NCBI GenBank assembly: GCA_900551615.1
Contig: URWN01000001.1
Coordinates: 73,767 to 137,766, forward strand
Direction of reading: 5' to 3'
DNA length: 64,000 nt
Source: an uncultured Clostridium sp.
Lineage (GTDB): Bacteria; Bacillota; Clostridia; TANB77; CAG-508
The notes below the pieces were generated by a model, which searched no databases, was not told where the DNA came from, and saw only the letters and a list, made by a program, of their open reading frames with translations. This document shows positions 1 to 6,118 of the stretch, one piece after another (position 1 is the first letter of the stretch; each line of letters opens with the position of its first letter). A program made the translations under genes and the position numbers.

Positions 1-64
1 GAAATTTAAATTTTTCTATCTCATTTACTTAATAAAATAACAAACAAAAATTTGCATAAAACTA

Positions 65-93
65 TTGACTTTTTAAATTTTAATTTATATAAT
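65..93 (+). promoter_or_regulatory. SigA-type promoter TTGACT-17 nt-TATAAT in front of the small hydrophobic ORF
   Basis: TTGACT at 65-70, 17-nt spacer, TATAAT at 88-93. Confidence 0.6.
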
Positions 94-161
94 AAGCAAA
101 GAAAATGAGAGAAAAAAGCAGAATGTGGTTGCCACCAATTCCAAAAGAGGAGGTGGTGTGT

Positions 162-275
162 ATGATAGAAATGATTTTATTACATATTATAAAATTACTT
201 TTTTTTGCACTATGTGCAGAAACTATTATCACATTTGCCTTAATAATAGCATTAGCTAAAATTTTGAGCAAATAA
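162..275 (+). CDS. 37-aa hydrophobic peptide, candidate type I toxin (MIEMILLHIIKLLFFALCAETIITFALIIALAKILSK)
   Basis: GAGGAGG at 147-153 lies 8 nt before ATG 162. One predicted TM helix with a basic C-terminus. Not in the ORF track because it is under 60 aa. Track ORF 80..271(-) is its antisense shadow. Confidence 0.45.
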   Translation: MIEMILLHIIKLLFFALCAETIITFALIIALAKILSK

Positions 276-281
276 TAAAAG

Positions 282-312
282 CCATATCTCTGCCATGCCT
301 GTGGAGATATGG
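282..312. terminator. hairpin CCATATCTC / GAGATATGG shared by the two convergent transcripts
   Basis: 9-bp stem 282-290 / 304-312. T-rich sequence follows on both strands (TTTAT on +, CTTTTATTATTT on -). Confidence 0.5.
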
Positions 313-369
313 TTTATAAAAACTAAAACATTGGCAACCACATTTTGTGGTCTCTTATTTTCTAAATAC

Positions 370-398
370 ATTATAAAATATAAAAAACAAAAAGTCAA
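370..398 (-). promoter_or_regulatory. minus-strand SigA-type promoter TTGACT-17-TATAAT, candidate sRNA (antitoxin) promoter
   Basis: Reverse complement of 393-398 is TTGACT and of 370-375 is TATAAT, with a 17-nt spacer. It points toward the hairpin at 282-312. Confidence 0.55.
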
Positions 399-413
399 GA
401 AAGTAGGGATAAA

Positions 414-968
414 ATGAAAGAACAATTTTTAGAATTACTAAAACAAGTCAAAAGAGAAGGAATAAACGAACTAATAGAATTTATAGAAAAAACAGACTTC
501 TTCACAGCACCAGCAAGCACAAGATTTCACGGAAACTACGAAGGTGGGCTAGTAGAACACAGCATGAAAGTATACGAAATACTAAAACACAAAGTAGAAA
601 CAAACATAGAACCACTAAACGTAAACCCAGAAACACTAATACTAGTGCCACTACTACATGATCTATGCAAAGCAAACTTCTACAAAATAGACTATAGAAA
701 TGCCAAAAATGCACTAGGAGTATGGGAAAAAGTACCATATTACACAGTAGACGACACAATACCATATGGGCATGGAGAAAAATCAGTAATGATGATAACA
801 GAATACATGAAACTAACACCAGAAGAAAAATACTCAATACGTTGGCACATGGGATATACAGAACCAAAAGAACTATATAACACAATAGGAGCTGCATACA
901 AAAAATATCCATTAGCATTACTAATGCACGAAGCCGACTTAGAAGCAACATATTTTTATGATATATAA
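414..968 (+). CDS. HD-domain metal-dependent phosphohydrolase
   Basis: 184 aa. H...HD signature (RFHGN, LLHDLCK) plus later His/Asp residues (RWHMG, HEADLEA). Confidence 0.8.
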   Translation: MKEQFLELLKQVKREGINELIEFIEKTDFFTAPASTRFHGNYEGGLVEHSMKVYEILKHKVETNIEPLNVNPETLILVPLLHDLCKANFYKIDYRNAKNALGVWEKVPYYTVDDTIPYGHGEKSVMMITEYMKLTPEEKYSIRWHMGYTEPKELYNTIGAAYKKYPLALLMHEADLEATYFYDI

Positions 969-998
969 TGTCCAAAAGGGACGGTTCTTTTTGGACAT
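968..998 (+). terminator. hairpin ATGTCCAAAA-GGGACGGTTCT-TTTTGGACAT (GGGACG-loop terminator family)
   Basis: 10-bp stem 968-977 / 989-998 immediately after the stop codon. The A/T tracts form part of the stem. Confidence 0.5.
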
Positions 999-1028
999 TA
1001 CAAATAAAGTTAATAGAGGGAGAAAATT

Positions 1029-1658
1029 ATGTTAGCATATATAAAAGGAAAACTAGAGATGAAAATGACAGGATACATAGTAATAGACGTAGGTGGATTA
1101 GGCTATAAAGTATTCATGTCAGAATCAGCAATTGATAAATTAGGAAATATAGGAGAAAACGTAAAAGTACACACATATTACAAAGTAAGAGAAGACGACA
1201 TCAGTATATTTGGTTTCAACAGTCTAGAAGAACTAAGAATGTTTGAACTACTAATATCAGTAAGTGGAATAGGTGCAAAAACAGCAATAGCAATGCTAGA
1301 CGTATGTGAGCCAACAGAATTTGCACTAGCAATAATATCAGAAGATGTAAAAACATTAACACAAATACCAGGAATAGGTGCAAAATCAGCACAAAGAATA
1401 ATTCTAGAATTAAAAGACAAAATGAAAAAAGAACAACAAATACAAGAATTAACAAAAGCTACAAAAGGACAAAATTCAGTAAAAACAAAACTAGAAGAAA
1501 GAATAGAAAACGAAGAAAAAATTCAAGAAGCAATGGCAGCATTACAAGTTTTAGGATACAACAAAAAAGAAATTGAAAAAGCATTTGATAAACTAGCAAA
1601 AGAAGAAATGACAACAGAAGAATTAATAAGAAAGGGATTAACAATACTTGGAAAATAA
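1029..1658 (+). CDS. ruvA: Holliday junction DNA helicase subunit RuvA
   Basis: N-terminal OB-fold region (IKGKL...IDVGGLGYKV), two HhH motifs (SGIGAKTA, IPGIGAKSAQRI) and a C-terminal domain III. GGGAG SD upstream. Confidence 0.9.
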   Translation: MLAYIKGKLEMKMTGYIVIDVGGLGYKVFMSESAIDKLGNIGENVKVHTYYKVREDDISIFGFNSLEELRMFELLISVSGIGAKTAIAMLDVCEPTEFALAIISEDVKTLTQIPGIGAKSAQRIILELKDKMKKEQQIQELTKATKGQNSVKTKLEERIENEEKIQEAMAALQVLGYNKKEIEKAFDKLAKEEMTTEELIRKGLTILGK

Positions 1659-1660
1659 AA

Positions 1661-1690
1661 CGGGATTAAGTGTCCACCACACAAAATTCT
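1661..1690 (+). repeat. GC-rich intergenic hairpin motif, copy 1 (CGGGATTAAGTGTCCACCACACAAAATTCT)
   Basis: Near-identical to 58951-58981 and to the reverse complement of 54317-54347. Confidence 0.7.
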
Positions 1691-1714
1691 TGTAAAAATT
1701 TTAGGAGAAAAACT

Positions 1715-2959
1715 ATGAACAATAATGAACCATTAGCATACAGAATGAGACCAAAAACATTGGAAGAGTATGTAGGTCAAGAACATGTATTAGGAAAAGA
1801 CAAAATTTTATACAGAACAATAAAAGCAGACAGACTATCTAGTATTATATTATTCGGACCTCCAGGATGTGGAAAAACATCACTAGCAAAAGTAATAAGC
1901 GAAACAACAAAATACAAATTCTATAAAATAAATGCAGTAACAGCAGGAGTATCAGACATAAAAAAAGTAATTGAAGAAACAAAAAATTTTATGATAAATC
2001 CAACGGGAAAAAGCATACTATTTATAGATGAAATTCATAGATTTAACAAATTACAACAAGATGCACTACTTCCATATGTAGAAAATGGTCTTATAATTTT
2101 AATTGGAGCAACAACAGAAAATCCATATTTTGAAGTAAATAAAGCTTTAATATCAAGGTCAATGGTTATAAAACTAGAACCATTAACAGAAGAAAATATA
2201 TATACAATTTTGAAAAATTCATTAACAAGAGAAGATGGACTAAAACAATATAGCATAAAAATTGAAGACGAAACATTAAAAAAATTAGCAGCAATATCAA
2301 ATGGAGATGTAAGAACAGCATTAAATGGATTAGAGATAGCAGTACTTACAACTAATATGGATTCAGATGGATACATACACATAACAGATGAAGTAATAAA
2401 AAACTGTGTTCAAAGTAGAAAAGCAATATTCGATAAAAAAGGAGATACACATTACGACAATATAAGTGCATTTATAAAATCGATGAGAGGTTCAGACCCA
2501 GATGCAACAGTATTTTATTTAGCAAGAGCATTAAACGGTGGAGAAGATCCAATGTTTTTAGCAAGAAGAATTGTAATTGCTGCATCAGAAGATGTAGGTA
2601 TGGCAAATCCAAATGCATTAGTTGTAGCAAATGCAGCAATGCAAGCAGTACATATGGTGGGAATGCCAGAAGCAAGAATATTACTTTCAGAGGCGGCAGT
2701 ATATGTAGCAACGTCAAAAAAATCAAATGCATCATATTTAGCAATAAATAAAGCATTAGAAGATGTATCAACTAAAGACACGGGAACAATTCCTATGCAT
2801 ATAAGAAATGCACCAATAGAAGACATGAGAAAATTAGGATATAACGAGGGTTATTTATATCCACATGACTTCCCAGGACATTGGGTAGAACAACAATATT
2901 TACCAGAAAAAATGCTAGGAACAAAATACTATATAAAAGATGAAAACATTCCAGAATAA
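1715..2959 (+). CDS. rarA: replication-associated recombination protein A (RarA/MgsA AAA+ ATPase)
   Basis: Walker A GPPGCGKTS, Walker B ILFIDEIHRF, and MgsA C-terminal region (HYDNISAFIKSMRGSDPDA). Start chosen at ATG 1715 after AGGAG. The track ORF starts at GTG 1670, inside the repeat. Confidence 0.9.
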   Translation: MNNNEPLAYRMRPKTLEEYVGQEHVLGKDKILYRTIKADRLSSIILFGPPGCGKTSLAKVISETTKYKFYKINAVTAGVSDIKKVIEETKNFMINPTGKSILFIDEIHRFNKLQQDALLPYVENGLIILIGATTENPYFEVNKALISRSMVIKLEPLTEENIYTILKNSLTREDGLKQYSIKIEDETLKKLAAISNGDVRTALNGLEIAVLTTNMDSDGYIHITDEVIKNCVQSRKAIFDKKGDTHYDNISAFIKSMRGSDPDATVFYLARALNGGEDPMFLARRIVIAASEDVGMANPNALVVANAAMQAVHMVGMPEARILLSEAAVYVATSKKSNASYLAINKALEDVSTKDTGTIPMHIRNAPIEDMRKLGYNEGYLYPHDFPGHWVEQQYLPEKMLGTKYYIKDENIPE

Positions 2960-3058
2960 ATATGAAAAAAATATCTTCAGATATAAAAAACATTTTTTCT
3001 GAATCATGATAAAAAATTGGAATTTAAATAAAAAACAAATAAAAATATAAAAATTGGG

Positions 3059-3090
3059 AAACCTACTTAAAAAGAAAAGTAGGTTTTTTT
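3059..3090 (+). terminator. intrinsic terminator AAACCTACTT-loop-AAGTAGGTTT plus T-run, abutting ATG 3091
   Basis: 10-bp stem 3059-3068 / 3077-3086, with the T-run running into the start codon of the next ORF. Confidence 0.7.
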
Positions 3091-3471
3091 ATGTTAAAAA
3101 CAAAAAAAATACAATTAAAAAAATACACAAAATTATCATTAATAGGATTTATAGCAGGATTAGTAAGCGGATTCTTTTCAACAGGAGGAGGACTAATACT
3201 AGTGCCAGCATTTTTATATTTATTAGAAATGGACTCACAAAAAGCAAGAGGAACATCAGTATTTTGCATACTGCCAATGGTTTTAACAAGTAGTATATTT
3301 TATTATAAAGGGAATTTTATAAACTGGAAAGTAGCGATACTGTGTGGAATTGGGGGAGCCATTGGAGGATATATTGGAGCAAAATTATTAAAAAAATTAC
3401 CAGAAAAATATTTGAAAATAGCATTTACAATATTTTTAATTTACGTATCAATAAAAATGATAATAAAATAA
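3091..3471 (+). CDS. half-size (about 4-TMS) TSUP/TauE-SafE family permease subunit
   Basis: 126 aa. GFIAGLVSGFFSTGGGLILVP motif and a glycine-rich last helix (GGAIGGYIGAKL), typical of one repeat unit of TauE/SafE proteins. Confidence 0.75.
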   Translation: MLKTKKIQLKKYTKLSLIGFIAGLVSGFFSTGGGLILVPAFLYLLEMDSQKARGTSVFCILPMVLTSSIFYYKGNFINWKVAILCGIGGAIGGYIGAKLLKKLPEKYLKIAFTIFLIYVSIKMIIK

Positions 3472-3565
3472 GATAATGTATAAGAAAGAAGACATTTTAT
3501 AAAAAAAACGAGAAAAATAGTAGAAAATGTCATAAAATAAAAGAAACTGTAGAAAGAAGGAAGTA

Positions 3566-3757
3566 ATGGATAAAAGAGAATTAGAAAAAAACAAATGGAA
3601 AAATGAACAATATTTATTTGAGTTACAAAAATTTTTAGACTTAGCAGATAATATTAAAGATGAAAAATTAAGAAAAACAATAATATCACAAATGATAAAA
3701 TGTGATAAATGTTTAACAAATATTGCAGAAGAGATATTTAATAAACGACATAACTAA
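3566..3757 (+). CDS. hypothetical 63-aa soluble protein between the two TSUP halves
   Basis: GAAGGA SD 5 nt before the ATG. Charged helical sequence with a CDKC pair. No family recognised. Confidence 0.4.
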   Translation: MDKRELEKNKWKNEQYLFELQKFLDLADNIKDEKLRKTIISQMIKCDKCLTNIAEEIFNKRHN

Positions 3758-3790
3758 ACAACAATTTGAAAATAAAGTGGTGATAAAAAA

Positions 3791-4165
3791 TTGAAAGAAA
3801 TATTAATAGGAATAGTTTCTGGCATTGTAAGTGGGACAGGAATGGGTGGAGGAACTATTTTAATTTTTTTATTGACATATATGTGTGGAATAGAACAACA
3901 CATAGCCCAAGCCACAAATTTAATATTTTTTATTCCAACATCAATAGTTGCAATAATTGTAAATATAAAAAACAAAAATATAAAATTAAAAGTAGCAACA
4001 ATTATATCAATTTTTGGAGTTTTAGGAGCAATAGTAGGCGCAAATTTATCAATTCATACAGATGTATATAAATTAAGAAAAATGTTTGGAATATTTTTAG
4101 CAATAATTGCTATTCATGAAATATATACCATCTATAAAGAGCATAAAAAAACAAAAAAGGGATAA
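3791..4165 (+). CDS. half-size (about 4-TMS) TSUP/TauE-SafE family permease subunit
   Basis: 124 aa, TTG start after GTGGTGA SD. GIVSGIVSGTGMGGGTILI motif and GVLGAIVGANL helix. Confidence 0.75.
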   Translation: MKEILIGIVSGIVSGTGMGGGTILIFLLTYMCGIEQHIAQATNLIFFIPTSIVAIIVNIKNKNIKLKVATIISIFGVLGAIVGANLSIHTDVYKLRKMFGIFLAIIAIHEIYTIYKEHKKTKKG

Positions 4166-4258
4166 AATAAAAATATAAAATATTATTAAATATGCTCAAA
4201 ACATTTCTAATTTTGGATTACGATGAGCAAACGAAGTGAGCGAAAGGAAATGATTAAT

Positions 4259-4399
4259 ATGAAGTTTACAAAAGGATTAGTAGTAGGTGGACTATTAGCA
4301 ACAGGATTATTAATGATGTATAATGATACAGATATGCTAAACAAAAATAAAATGATGAAAAAAGGAAAGAAATTTGCAAAAAAAGTAGGAATATTATAA
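4259..4399 (+). CDS. 46-aa small membrane protein (MKFTKGLVVGGLLATGLLMMYNDTDMLNKNKMMKKGKKFAKKVGIL)
   Basis: AGGAAA 8 nt upstream. One TM helix plus a Lys-rich tail, followed by a strong terminator. Under the 60-aa track cutoff. Confidence 0.4.
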   Translation: MKFTKGLVVGGLLATGLLMMYNDTDMLNKNKMMKKGKKFAKKVGIL

Positions 4400-4400
4400 A

Positions 4401-4432
4401 AAGGATGCTAACAAATAAAAGCATCCTTTTTT
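4401..4432. terminator. bidirectional intrinsic terminator AAGGATGC-loop-GCATCCTT
   Basis: 8-bp stem 4401-4408 / 4421-4428 with A-run and T-run flanks. Lies between convergent genes. Confidence 0.75.
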
Positions 4433-4465
4433 ATATTCTAGGAAAATTATCATAGTATGATAACT
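4428..4465 (+). repeat. 38-nt repeat TTTTTATATTCTAGGAAAATTATCATAGTATGATAACT with 17-bp perfect palindrome (4447-4463), copy 1
   Basis: 37/38 identical to 29938-29975. Confidence 0.8.
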
Positions 4466-4925
4466 ATTTATCGCAGCATTCTTCACATTCTTCGCAACTT
4501 CTATCATCACAATGAGGTTTTTTATCTCCTATAAAACAATCGCATTTATCGTGTTTATCACCTTTTAGGCATTTACCCTCATGATGACATTTTGCACAAA
4601 TTTTAATTTTCTTTGTAGCATTTGCCCAAATTTGAATAGCATAGTGTCTGTCAGGACAAAGAGGACCAAAAACGAATTCACCTTCACAGTCAGTAAAAGT
4701 ATGACCTATTGGTTTTCTAACTTCTTTACCACAATCATAAGCAATTTCAGTTAATTTAACAACAGCATCACGTACTGGTTCTTTAAAACAATCTTTTATA
4801 ACTCCATAAATAACATCTCTATTATCTTCTGGTAAAGTAATATCTAAATCAAATTGTTTACCTCCAGATATAACCCCATCAACATCTAGTATTGGACATC
4901 CAGGTTTTTTTTCTTCCATTTCCAT
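4464..4925 (-). CDS. Cys-rich protein with carboxypeptidase-regulatory-like (prealbumin-fold) domain; possible spore coat or metal-binding protein
   Basis: 153 aa. GVIKD...PVRDAVVKL...TDCEGEFVFGPL...YAIQIW pattern, then a tail with about 15 Cys and several His (CAKCHHEGKC...CEECEECCDK). Confidence 0.6.
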   Translation of the reverse strand: MEMEEKKPGCPILDVDGVISGGKQFDLDITLPEDNRDVIYGVIKDCFKEPVRDAVVKLTEIAYDCGKEVRKPIGHTFTDCEGEFVFGPLCPDRHYAIQIWANATKKIKICAKCHHEGKCLKGDKHDKCDCFIGDKKPHCDDRSCEECEECCDK

Positions 4926-5096
4926 AAAAATTACATCCTTTCATTTTTATTTTAATTATTCAAACATAATGTCTGATTAATATATAATATGAAAAAACGA
5001 ATAAATTGACAAACAATATATAAAAATAATGTTGAAATATAAAAAAATATGTTATATAATATACAAGAAGGTTAATTTATAATTAGGAGAGAAAAA

Positions 5097-6065
5097 ATGA
5101 AAGATAAAAAGAATTTTTTTGCAAATGGCGTAAAAGATGCCAGAAAAGCAAAAGAGGAAATAAAAAGAATAAATGAAAAAAGACAAAAAGAAGGAAAAGA
5201 ACCACTAAATGAAATTCAAAAAAGAAAAGTAATAAGAAGAGTAACAGAAAGAGAAGTAACAAAAAGAAAAATAAAAGTATTCTTAGGAGCATTAGGACTA
5301 ACAACATTTATAACAGGAATGGGAGTAGGAAGATTAACAGCAGGAAATGAAGGAATAAATAATTCTAAAAGTGAAATAACAATTGATGCAGAAATAGCAG
5401 GAAAAGATGTAAAAATAAATCATATTTCAGACAGAAATGTATTTTTAGAAAATATAAAAGTGGATAAAGAAACATTAGAAAAAGTAGAAGAAATGAAAGA
5501 TTCAACATTAGAAGCAAATGTCGAAAAAGAAATAGATCAACTACAAACACCAGATGAAGTACTAGAATATTTAAAAACAATATATGCTAAAGAATACAAT
5601 GAGGAAAATCAAACAAATATAACACCAGAAGATATAAAAATTAATAGAACAAGTGAAATGACAAAATTAGTAGAAGATACAGATAAAAATGGAAATACAA
5701 TAATAAGAACAAAGACACCAGAAGATGAAAATAAAAAAGAAGTAGATATTAGCGCTGGAGTAATTACAGTAAAAGTTCAAGATCCAAAAACAGGTGAAAT
5801 AGAAAAACAAATGATATTACATGAAACTAACGGAAAATATACAAGAGTATATGAAGACAATGAAGAAGTTAAAAGTGATGAAGAGAACGCATTAACAAAA
5901 ACAGGAGCATTGATAGATAAAGGAATTTCATGGGAATCATCAATGACACAAGAAAAAACAAGTGATAAAGTAAAAGAACAATATAAACAAGATTTGATAA
6001 AAGAAGTAAGTTCATACAAAGAAAACAAAATAGAAGAAATCAAAAATGAAGAATTCATAAAATAA
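5097..6065 (+). CDS. hypothetical Lys/Glu-rich membrane-anchored protein
   Basis: 322 aa. AGGAGAG SD, one TM helix (VFLGALGLTTFITGMGVG), remainder highly charged. Confidence 0.6.
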   Translation: MKDKKNFFANGVKDARKAKEEIKRINEKRQKEGKEPLNEIQKRKVIRRVTEREVTKRKIKVFLGALGLTTFITGMGVGRLTAGNEGINNSKSEITIDAEIAGKDVKINHISDRNVFLENIKVDKETLEKVEEMKDSTLEANVEKEIDQLQTPDEVLEYLKTIYAKEYNEENQTNITPEDIKINRTSEMTKLVEDTDKNGNTIIRTKTPEDENKKEVDISAGVITVKVQDPKTGEIEKQMILHETNGKYTRVYEDNEEVKSDEENALTKTGALIDKGISWESSMTQEKTSDKVKEQYKQDLIKEVSSYKENKIEEIKNEEFIK

Positions 6066-6118
6066 ATATAATATACAATGAATAAATTACCACTCTTTGG
6101 CAAACAATAAAAACAAAA

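Noticed and set aside
502-975. Many long ORFs antisense to real genes, with Leu/Phe/Ile/Cys-rich translations (for example 502..975, 6345..6746, 12994..13677, 17296..17949, 30536..31399, 38012..38545, 41747..42349)
   Set aside because: They mirror the A-rich codons (AAA, GAA, AAG) of the sense genes as TTT/TTC/CTT. They have no SD sequences and low-complexity products, and they always overlap a well-supported gene. They are a compositional artefact.
3054-3293. Alternative-frame Lys/Arg/Asn-rich ORFs overlapping real genes on the same strand (3054..3293, 3883..4071, 6097..6294, 17578..17781, 30651..30845)
   Set aside because: These are out-of-frame readings of A-rich coding sequence. Each overlaps a gene with clear family motifs and lacks a ribosome-binding site.
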